Assembly (NCBI GenBank): GCA_007125155.1
Contig: SLDR01000028.1
Span: 1 to 57,120, forward strand
Source of the DNA: Candidatus Campbellbacteria bacterium
Lineage (GTDB): Bacteria; Patescibacteriota; Minisyncoccia; Phycocordibacterales; CSBR16-193
Length of the DNA: 57,120 nt
Reading direction: 5' to 3'
Shown here: piece after piece, positions 48,393 to 57,120 of the stretch
How the letters are laid out: each line of letters begins with the position of its first letter
How positions within the stretch are numbered: position 1 is the stretch's first letter
The notes under the pieces: generated by a model
Told to the model about the DNA's origin: nothing
What the model saw: the letters and a program-made list of their open reading frames with translations, nothing else
Databases searched by the model: none
Translations under genes and position numbers: made by a program

Positions 48393-50045
48393 ATGGAAAA
48401 CTTTCAAATAATAGTGGGAGGCGCGGCCGGAGAAGGGTCCAAAAAGGCGGGGCTCATTATAGCCAAGATGTTCAACTCCTACGGTTACAGAGTTTTTATT
48501 CACGAAGATTACCATTCTCTGGTAAGAGGGGGTCATAACTTTTCCCAGATATCAGTATCATCTGATATCGGGATCGAGGCTAAAAAAGACAGAATAGATT
48601 TTCTTCTGGCCTTGAATGAAGACACGGTTATGAAACATAAAGATAAGCTGGGTGTGGGAAGCGTGCTCATGTATGATGTTTCCATAACGAACACGGAGGT
48701 CTTGCAAAAGGATGGGATAGAAACGATACCTGTCCCAATAGACGAAATAATAAACGAATCGGAAGGATCATCTTTGATGAAAAACACCGCCTTGGTATCT
48801 TCTTTTTCAAAAATGATGGGAATGGAATTTGAAAAGATAAAACCGATACTCGAGAAAGAATTCAATAGAGAAACAGAGAAGAATATTAAGGTTTCGGAGA
48901 CGGCCTTCAATAAAACGGAAAAAAGAAGAGAGACAATTGAGACCGGTAAAGATCCTCTGCCTTTACTGTCCGGTAATAAGGCGGTAGCTATGGGAGCTTT
49001 AAAGGCGGGGCTGGAATGCTGTATATCGTACCCAATGACCCCGGCAACCGGCGTTTTCAGTTTCCTTACGACAGTTGAAGGAATACGGACCTGCCAACCG
49101 GAAAATGAGATATCGGTGGTAAGCATGGCTCTCGGAACCGCCTACGCCGGCAGAAGAACTATCGTTTCCACTTCCGGTGGAGGATTCGCACTGATGACTG
49201 AGAGTCTAAGCTTTTCCGCACAGTCTGAGATCCCCCTTCTTATAGTTCTGAGTCAAAGGATGGGTCCGGCGACCGGGGTGCCCACGTACGTTGGGCAAGG
49301 TGATCTGCTTTTCGCCTTAAACTCCGGACATGGGGATATGGAACGTTTCGTAGTGGCACCCGGCGATGTTGATGAGGCGTATTACTGGGGAGGCAAGGCG
49401 CTCAACATCGCGTGGAGGTATCAAATGCCATCAATCCTCCTTTTGGATAAAGAGCTCTCAGAAAATACATACGGACTTGAAGGAAGGTACCAAATAGAAA
49501 AGGAGGACATTGTCGAGGGTCTGAACGATACCGGATATAAGAGATATGAAGGAAACGACATCTCCCCCATTGCCTTTCCCGGCGGAGAGGCGGTTGTAAA
49601 AGCTACCGGTTATGAGCACACGAAAGACGGAATATCAACAGAGACCCCTCAAGAAGTGAAAGAGATGGTGGAAAAAAGGATCCGCAAAGGAGAAAGACTA
49701 AGAGAAGAACTGGAAGTACTGGAAGCGGTCAAAGTCTATAAAGAAGGTCCTGTCGCGATAGTCTTTTGGGGATCAACCAAAGGTGCCCTTCTGGAGGCGA
49801 CAAAGGATATGAATGTAAGGTTGGTTCAACCCCTGGTCATGCAGCCCTTCCCTGAAAAAAGGATGAAAGAGGCACTGGAAGGCGCTGAAAAGGTGATCTG
49901 TGTCGAGATGAACTCCGGGGGCCAACTTGCACAGGTGATGAGAATGAATGGAATTGAGGTCGATGATAAAGTATTGAAATATGACGCCAGGCCTTTTACT
50001 GTCGAAGGTCTAAGATCGATATTAGAAGAAAAAATAAACATCTAA
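48393..50045 (+). CDS. 2-oxoacid:ferredoxin oxidoreductase, fused gamma-alpha subunit
   Basis: 550 aa. The N-terminal gamma-like region is IIVGGAAGEGSKKAG and the alpha region is GNKAVAMGALKAGLECCISYPMTPAT. Confidence 0.8.
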   Translation: MENFQIIVGGAAGEGSKKAGLIIAKMFNSYGYRVFIHEDYHSLVRGGHNFSQISVSSDIGIEAKKDRIDFLLALNEDTVMKHKDKLGVGSVLMYDVSITNTEVLQKDGIETIPVPIDEIINESEGSSLMKNTALVSSFSKMMGMEFEKIKPILEKEFNRETEKNIKVSETAFNKTEKRRETIETGKDPLPLLSGNKAVAMGALKAGLECCISYPMTPATGVFSFLTTVEGIRTCQPENEISVVSMALGTAYAGRRTIVSTSGGGFALMTESLSFSAQSEIPLLIVLSQRMGPATGVPTYVGQGDLLFALNSGHGDMERFVVAPGDVDEAYYWGGKALNIAWRYQMPSILLLDKELSENTYGLEGRYQIEKEDIVEGLNDTGYKRYEGNDISPIAFPGGEAVVKATGYEHTKDGISTETPQEVKEMVEKRIRKGERLREELEVLEAVKVYKEGPVAIVFWGSTKGALLEATKDMNVRLVQPLVMQPFPEKRMKEALEGAEKVICVEMNSGGQLAQVMRMNGIEVDDKVLKYDARPFTVEGLRSILEEKINI

Positions 50046-50046
50046 C

Positions 50047-50856
50047 ATGGATAATTTGATACTACCTACAAAAAACACCTGGTGTCCCGGTTGCGGTAAT
50101 TTCGGGATACAAAATGCATTAAAGGAAGCCGTTTCCGAAATGGATCCCGGTAAAACGGTTCTGATATCGGGGATCGGCTGTCACGGTAAGATCTCCGACT
50201 ACATGAACCTAAACAGCGTATACGCCCTTCACGGAAGGAGTATACCGGTGGGTACGGGGATAAAGATCGGAAACAGAGAGCTTAATGTGGTATGCATGGT
50301 CGGAGACGGCGATACTTATGATGAAGGTGTGTCCCACTTCGTACACGCAGCCAAAAGGAATTCCGACATAACCGTTATCGTTAATGATAACAGGGTATTC
50401 GCTCTAACGGTCAACCAACCCACCTCCACAAGCCCAAGAGGATACGTAAGCACCACCAGTCCCAAAGGGACGACAGAGGATCCTTTGAATCCCTTGGATA
50501 CCGCTCTTTCTTTGGGTGCGACATTCGTAGCCAGAGGGTATGCCGGAAAACAAGAGCATCTAAAGAGACTCATTCTTGAAGGAATGAGGCATAGAGGATT
50601 TTCATTCATAGAGGTCCTCCAGCCTTGTGTTGTCTGGTTCAACACATTTCCGGAATACAATGAAAGATGCTACGAAATGGAAGAGGAATATCTTCCAATC
50701 GAAAAAGCTCGAGAAAAAGCTCGAGAGTGGGACTATGCTAACGATAATCAGATACCTCTGGGCATATTCTACAAAGAGGAAAAACCCACCAATGAAGAAC
50801 AACTTGGCGATATTCACCAGGTGGATGTCTTGGCTATGATGGAGGAGAGTAAGTAG
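50047..50856 (+). CDS. 2-oxoacid:ferredoxin oxidoreductase, beta (TPP-binding) subunit
   Basis: 269 aa. WCPGCGNFG, GDGDTYDEG and NDNRVFALT. Confidence 0.85.
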   Translation: MDNLILPTKNTWCPGCGNFGIQNALKEAVSEMDPGKTVLISGIGCHGKISDYMNLNSVYALHGRSIPVGTGIKIGNRELNVVCMVGDGDTYDEGVSHFVHAAKRNSDITVIVNDNRVFALTVNQPTSTSPRGYVSTTSPKGTTEDPLNPLDTALSLGATFVARGYAGKQEHLKRLILEGMRHRGFSFIEVLQPCVVWFNTFPEYNERCYEMEEEYLPIEKAREKAREWDYANDNQIPLGIFYKEEKPTNEEQLGDIHQVDVLAMMEESK

Positions 50857-50874
50857 TTGTTAAGACTTAAGATC

Positions 50875-50906
50875 AAAAAAACGCACCCTTATCGGGTGCG
50901 TTTTTT
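50875..50906. terminator. Bidirectional rho-independent terminator
   Basis: aaaaaacgcacccttatcgggtgcgtttttt lies between convergent genes. Confidence 0.8.
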
Positions 50907-50927
50907 AATTTTCATTTTTTAATAGGA

Positions 50928-51614
50928 TCAACCCTGATCCCCTTCTTTATTATTTTCTTGCTTTTCCCTCAAACTCTTTCTGTATTCCTTGACGGTTTTT
51001 ATGAATCCTGCGAGCTGTAAAAGTGGAACTATTATCACCATTGCCAAATAAACCCAATGAAGCCAGTCATCGGAAGGAAATCCCGGACGTAAAAGAGCTC
51101 TGTCTATCACATGAACCACCACAAGCCACCATATGACGTAAGTAAAATAGTTCTGGATCCATTTCCATGAATCGGAGCCCAGATAGTTTATGGCTCCCCT
51201 GAAGGATAAGGCGGCCAGTATGACGGCCATGACCGTCGCAACCAAGGCACCGAAAGCCCAAGGATTTATGTTCAAAAGATAACCTACAACATCCCAGTCT
51301 CTTCCCGCAAAAACAAAAAGAGTGTGTATAACGGACCACACGGCAAACCATATGCCCAGCTCGGCTCTCCAATTCCAAGGAAAATCACCCCACTTGGGAA
51401 AAAGGACCGGAAAAAGCTTCATTATGGGACCAATGATCATCACAAGAAAAAGAAGAAAGAACGGTATGGCCCCAACAGCTCTCGACATCAAAAGTATCTT
51501 CTCAGAGGTGAAAGATATCTCATCAACCGTGAAAAACCACGGAATCAAAACCGCTAAAAAAGTGGCAACCGCTATTATCGTGTGAAATGATAACTTGTTC
51601 TGTGCATCTATCAT
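50928..51614 (-). CDS. Six-TM membrane protein, ferric-reductase-like/MsrQ-like transmembrane domain
   Basis: 228 aa. The conserved-looking His-containing helices are WRAELGIWFAVWSVIHTLFVF and SWKWIQNYFTYVIWWLVVVHVI. Confidence 0.45.
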   Translation of the reverse strand: MIDAQNKLSFHTIIAVATFLAVLIPWFFTVDEISFTSEKILLMSRAVGAIPFFLLFLVMIIGPIMKLFPVLFPKWGDFPWNWRAELGIWFAVWSVIHTLFVFAGRDWDVVGYLLNINPWAFGALVATVMAVILAALSFRGAINYLGSDSWKWIQNYFTYVIWWLVVVHVIDRALLRPGFPSDDWLHWVYLAMVIIVPLLQLAGFIKTVKEYRKSLREKQENNKEGDQG

Positions 51615-51705
51615 GTCATTAATACTTAAAGATCGATTAACTTTTTCCCATAATTATCAATAAAATTATAACAGATAAAAAATAATAATTATAAACAGAT
51701 CAATA

Positions 51706-52929
51706 CTACTTCAAATACGAATCCGGCCTGGCTCTCAAGAGATAATTGGTTATCAGGGGACTGATAAGGGTCGTGGTTATGCTGAGAATTATTATTGCAG
51801 TGGTCAACTCCGGCGATAAAAGTTCGAGACGCTGACCCACCAAAACAACCGCCAGCGTGGTAATAAGCTGGGGCACGCTGGTTACACCGACCAAAACGCT
51901 CTTGTAATTACTAAGGCCCAACCATCTTGAAGAAAGCCAACCCGAGAGGAACTTGGACAAAGAAGATCCCAAAAGAACCACAAGGACCAATGGCCAGATC
52001 GTCGAAGCCTCTTCAACCAATAACCCTATATCTGTCCACCCTCCTATGGTCACAAAGAAAATGGGAATAAAAACCCCGTATCCGAGTACGTGTATCTTGC
52101 TTTCCAATATCTTGCTTCTGGTTATCTCGGCCAAGATGAGACCGGCAAAAAAAGCTCCCACTATGGTCTCCAATTTAAAGAACTCAAAAAGTATGGAGGT
52201 ACCGATAAGAATGGCCACCACTAAGGTCAACTCCTGTTCAAATAAAGAATGAGTGCCGGGCTTTCTGTTACGAAGTCCGGCCAACCACTGTCTAAAAGGT
52301 GTTATGTATTTTCGCGCCAACATTCCCATTGCAAGCGCGAAGAACATGAATATCATGAGAACCGGTAAAGATACGGTCGTATCGGGTGATATGAACTGCA
52401 AGAACATACCCAAAAGAATAAGACTGGCTATATCCTGGATCATGGTGGAAGCAATGATTATTCTTCCGAGCTTGAAATGAAGAACACCCCTTGCTTCCAG
52501 TGTCGGGATAACCACGGCGAAGGAAGAACTTGTGAATATTATTCCCAAAAGTAAAGAAGTGGCCAGTCCGAATCCAAAGGAAAGACCTATGATGATCCCG
52601 ACCATCGCGGGAACAAAGCCGGATATGGCTCCGATAACAGTGGCCTCTTTCCAAACGGACTTTATCGAAGATATCTTGGTTTCCATCCCGGCAATGAACA
52701 TAAGGAATATTATCCCAACTTCAGCCAGGAACATGACTATCTCATTGAGCTCGAAAAGGCCGATGCCTTTGGGCCCCATTACTATCCCTCCCAATATCAA
52801 GGCGATAGCCCACGGTACTTTAAACCTTCGGAATAAGGCCGAAAACACCAGAGCGGTCACCAGGGCGATGAAAAAAGCCACCAGAGAAGTAAATATCACG
52901 TCGGGATCTCGAATTATGGAAGGGTCCAT
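51706..52929 (-). CDS. Cation:proton antiporter (CPA2, Na+/H+ exchanger family)
   Basis: 407 aa with about 12 TM helices. ..FLAEVGIIFLMFIAGME.. is typical of the family. Confidence 0.75.
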   Translation of the reverse strand: MDPSIIRDPDVIFTSLVAFFIALVTALVFSALFRRFKVPWAIALILGGIVMGPKGIGLFELNEIVMFLAEVGIIFLMFIAGMETKISSIKSVWKEATVIGAISGFVPAMVGIIIGLSFGFGLATSLLLGIIFTSSSFAVVIPTLEARGVLHFKLGRIIIASTMIQDIASLILLGMFLQFISPDTTVSLPVLMIFMFFALAMGMLARKYITPFRQWLAGLRNRKPGTHSLFEQELTLVVAILIGTSILFEFFKLETIVGAFFAGLILAEITRSKILESKIHVLGYGVFIPIFFVTIGGWTDIGLLVEEASTIWPLVLVVLLGSSLSKFLSGWLSSRWLGLSNYKSVLVGVTSVPQLITTLAVVLVGQRLELLSPELTTAIIILSITTTLISPLITNYLLRARPDSYLK

Positions 52930-53055
52930 GGTCTTATCTTCTCAAGATTAAATTAGAAATCGAAAACACAAATTCTGCCGTTTATTCAGGATGAAAGATG
53001 TCCCAAGAACATCCAATATGTAAATTATAACACAACAAGAAGTCCATCACAGGTA

Positions 53056-54492
53056 TCATATGTTCTCGACGAAAAGCATGTTTGTCTTCGCGTCCGGATG
53101 ATCGAACGGAACTCCGGCTGCAACGACAACACTGTCACCTTCCTTGGCAAGACCCTTATTTATCACATATTCTCTTACAAGCTCAAATGCCTCTCCGACA
53201 TCTTCCGGTGCTTCAATATGAACCGGAACACAACCAAAACTTAAGACCAACTTGTAATAAACATTTTTGTCGGTGGCCATTGCGATGATCAGCGGTTTAG
53301 GTTTATGTCTGGAAAGCATTCTTCCGGTAAAACCGGAATCGGTCAAAGCCACTATAAGTCCGGCCTCCAGATCACTTGAAACACGGACAGCGGCTGAGGT
53401 TACGGAGTTTACGGTACACATGGAAGGGGTCTTTTGTTTAGAGAGTCTTTTTACATCGAAATGCCCTTTTTTCAAACTCTTCTCTGTTTGTAAAGCGATC
53501 GTCGACATTACCTTCAATGACACCAAAGGATTTTTACCCATGGATGTTTCCGCCGAAAGCATCACTGCATCAGTTCCATCAAGTATGGCATTGGCTACAT
53601 CAGAAACCTCCGCACGAGTTGGAACAAGGGATTCGATCATCGACTCCAACATCTGGGTAGCGGTTATGACGGGCTTCCCGAGAATATTGCAAGCTTTTAT
53701 TATCTCTTTTTGGGCCATAGGGACATTTTCGGGAGAGATCTCGACAGCCAGATCTCCACGGGCGACCATTATGCCGTCTGAACTTTGCAATATGGAATCA
53801 AAGTTCTCGAGTCCTTTTTTGGTTTCAATTTTCGCAATTATATCAGGTCTTGTACCTTCCATATTCTCATTAATGATCTCCCGTAAGGCCTCAATTTCTT
53901 CAGCCGATTTGACAAAAGAAAGGGCCACGAAGTCAACACCCGCTTCCAGCCCCATCTTCACATCTTGGATGTCTTTTTCCGACAACAAAGGCAATGAAAG
54001 AGACCTTTCCGGGACCGTTAAGCCCCGATTTCCCCTTATAACAGAACCTCTCAAAACACGACAGTATATCTCAACCTCACTCGTTCCGAGAACCTCAAGT
54101 TCCACCCTTCCGTCATCTAAAACTATCTTGTCCCCTTCCTCGACTTCTGAAGGAAGATCATGATGGTCGACATAAACCATTTCGCTATTACCCTCAATAT
54201 TGATATCCGTCGAAAGTGTAAAGTTGTTTCCGGCGATCAAAGCGACCTCTTGGGTATTAAAGTCACCCGTTCGGATCTTGGAACCCGAAAGGTCCTGCAT
54301 GACGGCAACAGGCAGATCCCGATCTTGACGGATCCTTTTGATCGCCTCGATCATCTGTCTGTGTTCTCGATGGTCACCGTGGGAAAAATTAAGTCGAAAA
54401 ACATTGACTCCGACATCGATCATTTTTTCTAACATGTCGTCCTCCAGCACCCTCGGGCTTATCGTGGCCACTATTTTGGTCTTTCTTTTCAT
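53056..54492 (-). CDS. pyk: Pyruvate kinase
   Basis: 478 aa. KTKIVATISP, RLNFSHGDH, MVARGDLAVEI and ITATQMLESM. Confidence 0.95.
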   Translation of the reverse strand: MKRKTKIVATISPRVLEDDMLEKMIDVGVNVFRLNFSHGDHREHRQMIEAIKRIRQDRDLPVAVMQDLSGSKIRTGDFNTQEVALIAGNNFTLSTDINIEGNSEMVYVDHHDLPSEVEEGDKIVLDDGRVELEVLGTSEVEIYCRVLRGSVIRGNRGLTVPERSLSLPLLSEKDIQDVKMGLEAGVDFVALSFVKSAEEIEALREIINENMEGTRPDIIAKIETKKGLENFDSILQSSDGIMVARGDLAVEISPENVPMAQKEIIKACNILGKPVITATQMLESMIESLVPTRAEVSDVANAILDGTDAVMLSAETSMGKNPLVSLKVMSTIALQTEKSLKKGHFDVKRLSKQKTPSMCTVNSVTSAAVRVSSDLEAGLIVALTDSGFTGRMLSRHKPKPLIIAMATDKNVYYKLVLSFGCVPVHIEAPEDVGEAFELVREYVINKGLAKEGDSVVVAAGVPFDHPDAKTNMLFVENI

Positions 54493-54538
54493 CTATTTTA
54501 AGAATTAATTCAGATCAAATAAAAGCTAAAGCTCAACA

Positions 54539-54985
54539 TTAATATAATGACTTCTTGTCTTTACTGTAGTATTCCGATGCGGCCTGACCTGTCATTACAT
54601 AAAGGCCGTTAACAACCCCCAAAATGAAAAACAGAAAGGCCAAAACGACATAGGCGGGCCCAAGATAAAACCAAACCGAACTGTAACCTATCAAAAGAAC
54701 GGACACCGAAAGTGCCCAGACCTTCGGTTTTAAACGAGTACTCCAAATTGGATAAATACTTATGAAAGTCACCAAGGCGCACAACAGACTATACAAGGCC
54801 ATAAAGATTATCCCGAAGGAAACCGTGTGATAATCAACCAAGATCAAAAGTGATAAAAGGCCGAAGACGAGCAAAAAATGAACGGCAAGGATCGCATAAA
54901 CCAGTATCAAGATCCGCAAACCGCCGGGAATTGATGAATCATAGATGAAGTGACGAAACTGTTTCTGTCTTTTTTCGAGGCTCAT
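54539..54985 (-). CDS. Four-TM membrane protein, unknown function
   Basis: 148 aa with a hydrophobic pattern only. Confidence 0.4.
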   Translation of the reverse strand: MSLEKRQKQFRHFIYDSSIPGGLRILILVYAILAVHFLLVFGLLSLLILVDYHTVSFGIIFMALYSLLCALVTFISIYPIWSTRLKPKVWALSVSVLLIGYSSVWFYLGPAYVVLAFLFFILGVVNGLYVMTGQAASEYYSKDKKSLY

Positions 54986-55179
54986 TTTAAAACGATCAAG
55001 TCAAATAAAATATATTGAACGTTCCTTTATTTTATCAATTTATATCAGGTTTTCAAAACAAGTGAGCAACAACCCAAAAAAAACAACACGGGTATTTATA
55101 TCTTCTTCCATCTTAAGAACGAGACTCGGAAGCATTCTCCGCTCTAACATTGGTTTGAGCGCGTGAAGAAGGTATTGTG

Positions 55180-55253
55180 TGCGCGTGCCAGGATTTGAAC
55201 CTGGGACCTCGTCATTATCAGTGACGCGCTCTAACCAACTGAGCTACACGCGC
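55180..55253 (-). tRNA. tRNA-Ile (anticodon GAU)
   Basis: The reverse complement is GCGCGTGTAGCTCAGTTGGTTAGAGCGCGTCACTGATAATGACGAGGTCCCAGGTTCAAATCCTGGCACGCGCA. CCA is not encoded. Confidence 0.9.
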
Positions 55254-55330
55254 ATATTAAGCAAATACAAGGTTTAGATTAACAAAAAAGAAATAATAAA
55301 ACAAGAAATTAGATGGACATTCTATAGAAA

Positions 55331-55364
55331 AATAAAAGACCCCCGCCAACGGCGGGGGTCTTTT
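55331..55364. terminator. Strong GC hairpin with flanking T/A runs in the 16S-tRNA-Ile spacer (terminator-like or processing stem)
   Basis: aaaagacccccgccaacggcgggggtctttt. On the minus strand the stem is followed by TTTTATTTTT. Confidence 0.5.
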
Positions 55365-55688
55365 CAAAACCGCTTTTTATTTTGTTTCGTTCCCTATGCC
55401 GGTAAATTACCGGCTTTCTCTCCATTTTTACCATGAAGAGTAAGGTGGTCTCAGTTTAAAGCCCGAGACCGAGGCTTTGGCAAACACTGTTTAAATAACA
55501 ATGTTTGAACGACCTGTCACTTTATACCGACCCAGTAGGCGAACGGTATAAAGAAATCTTTCGATATATTCCACGACCAGCTTCCGCTAGCCGTGCCTTG
55601 TTACGACTTCGTCCCTGTTACTGAGCTTACCTTCGGCCCCGCTAGGCGAGGACTTCGGGTACTCCCAGCTCCCTTGACGTGACGGGCG

Positions 55689-56579
55689 ATTGTTTACCAT
55701 AAGTTTTTGGCATTGACGTTCCCACTGTACGTGCGGATTTCCCGCATACAGCGAGCTCTAGTGCATTTGTTGCTTTATCTTATAAATTTTTTGCATTCCT
55801 TTAACAGTCAAGTGTTCTTTCCTTCCAATTATATGAATCAATTTACAGAAAAGCTCAAAATCTTTTTGTTTAGAAGCAAGTTTTGGTTTGTTCTTTTTAA
55901 AGAACGGAATGATCTTTTCAACTAAATCAATCCTATTAAAAACCTCATATCTGTAACAGTCTTGGTGATTTTTTCGTCTGTCTTTCTGGAAATATACTTT
56001 TCCACAATCAAAGTATCTTTGTAATTGATAAAGTATATCTTTATCTTTCTCAACAAACTTAACGTAAAACTTTGGTTCAATACGAACGCGTCTTTTTCGT
56101 TCATTTGAATCATTTAAGTTCTTAACATAAACAGTAAAACTTCCTTCACCATCCACAAGACCGACAATGTAACTTGAATCTAACATTAGTTCACACTAGA
56201 GAGAGTCCTTCCCGATCACTATTAATAAAATAAAAAATAGTGGCCGGTACTATGACTCAGCTGACTCCTGACGCTGCGTTAAACTTAATTATACCACTAA
56301 CTGCAAAAACAGATGTGGACAGCTTCAGGTCTCCCCGGGTTACGCATATCTCTTTTCCAAACATCCAATATAAGCTTTTTTGATCTTCCCTATCCTCACC
56401 ACCCAATGATAGGTCGATCTGCTTGCCGTTTTAACGGCTACATACAGGCTGTTCTTTGCTTTCAGATCCTCCGCCATCAACCTCGCGATCAATGACTATC
56501 CTTCAGCTACGCCCCATAGACGAATGGGGGAGCAGATTTTAACTGCTTAGATATATGCGCTGCCGGGCGCTTTTTCATG
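55689..56579 (-). mobile_element. ~0.9 kb intervening sequence/intron in 16S at the position equivalent to E. coli C1400/G1401
   Basis: The 5' exon ends ..CTTGTACTCAC(C) and the 3' exon resumes (C)GCCCGTCACG. The canonical sequence is CTTGTACACACCGCCCGTCA. The boundary is ambiguous by 1 nt. Confidence 0.8.
55758..56186 (-). CDS. Single-motif LAGLIDADG homing endonuclease encoded inside the 16S intervening sequence
   Basis: 142 aa: MLDSSYIVGLVDGEGSFTVYV.., consistent with the homodimeric I-CreI-like class. Confidence 0.85.
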   Translation of the reverse strand: MLDSSYIVGLVDGEGSFTVYVKNLNDSNERKRRVRIEPKFYVKFVEKDKDILYQLQRYFDCGKVYFQKDRRKNHQDCYRYEVFNRIDLVEKIIPFFKKNKPKLASKQKDFELFCKLIHIIGRKEHLTVKGMQKIYKIKQQMH

Positions 56580-57120
56580 GTGAGTACAAGACTCGAGAAC
56601 GTATTCACCGCTGCGTTGATGATCAGCGATTACTAGCGATTCCAACTTCATGAGGTCGAGTTTCAGACCTCAATCCGAACTGGGGCGACTTTTCTTAGGA
56701 TTGGCTCGGGGTTTCCCCGTCGCGACCCGTTGTAGTCGCCATTGTATCACGTGTGTAGCCCAGGGCGTCAGAGGGTCATGCTGACCTGGCGTCATCCTCT
56801 CCTTCCTCCCCGCCCTCTAAACACTAAATTTGCATTAATGTTCAAAGGGCGAGGCAGTCTCGTCTGACACGTATAACAGACGATGAGGGTTGCGTTCGTT
56901 ACCCCACTTAAGGGAACAGTTCAAACCACGAACTGACGACGGCCATGCAACACCTGCCTATGTGCCCGAAGGCCCCCTCCGTTTCCGGAAGAGTTCACAT
57001 AGGTTTCAAGCCCTGGTAAGGTTCGTCGCTTACTGTCGAATTAAACCACATGATCCACCGCTTGTGCGAGTCCCCGTCTATTCCTTTGAGTTTTAAGCTT
57101 GCGCTCGTACTACCCAGGCG

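Larger units (their letters stand above)
55558..57120 (-). rRNA. 16S rRNA gene, 3' portion (from about E. coli position 880 to the 3' end), interrupted by an intervening sequence. The 5' part lies beyond the window.
   Basis: The reverse complement of 57120-57061 is CGCCTGGGTAGTACGAGCGCAAGCTTAAAACTCAAAGGAATAGACGGGGACTCGCACAAG. Further in are GCATGGCCGTCGTCAG, GGTGAATACGTTCTCGAGTCTTGTAC, CGCCCGTCACGTCAAGGGAG and AAGTCGTAACAAGGCACGGCTAGCGGAAGCTGGTCGTGG (helix 45). Confidence 0.9.

Noticed and set aside
55707-56495. + strand ORFs 55707-55925 and 56313-56495, and the ORF at 56890-57096
   Set aside because: They lie inside the 16S gene or its intervening sequence, antisense to the rRNA and the LAGLIDADG ORF.

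Overview
This window reads as a densely packed chromosomal segment of a small-genome, CPR/Patescibacteria-like bacterium. The standard genetic code applies, since TGA is used as a stop. Most of it is housekeeping. There is a rearranged F-type ATPase locus (atpF-H-A-G-D on the minus strand, with atpC inverted 1.2 kb away). Other genes are class II ribonucleotide reductase, pheST, gatB, obg, secA and murB/murC/murD. A glycogen cluster holds GH15, GH57 and a glycogen synthase. A fermentative carbon module holds glycerate kinase, PEP synthase, enolase, ADP-forming acetyl-CoA synthetase, ferredoxin, 2-oxoacid:ferredoxin oxidoreductase and pyruvate kinase. RNA genes are tRNA-Leu(CAG), tRNA-Ile(GAU), an RNase P RNA, and the 3' ~two-thirds of a 16S rRNA gene that runs off the right edge. 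I found no CRISPR array, IS element, prophage or recognisable defence island. The signals most worth a second look are RNA-level and architectural. (1) The RNase P RNA gene carries four hairpins with near-identical 14-21 nt stems at four different peripheral positions. (2) The 16S gene is split at the decoding centre (about E. coli position 1400) by a ~0.9 kb intervening sequence encoding a single-motif LAGLIDADG endonuclease. It also lacks a CCUCC anti-Shine-Dalgarno sequence where one is expected. (3) The ATPase locus lacks subunit a and a free subunit c. It has a 396-aa b subunit containing 120-nt tandem repeats, and a secreted-domain protein in the atpE position whose C-terminus looks like a carboxylate-less c-subunit hairpin. 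(4) A ~1.1 kb gene-free stretch sits next to the inverted atpC. All functional calls come from motif recognition by eye; no database search was run.
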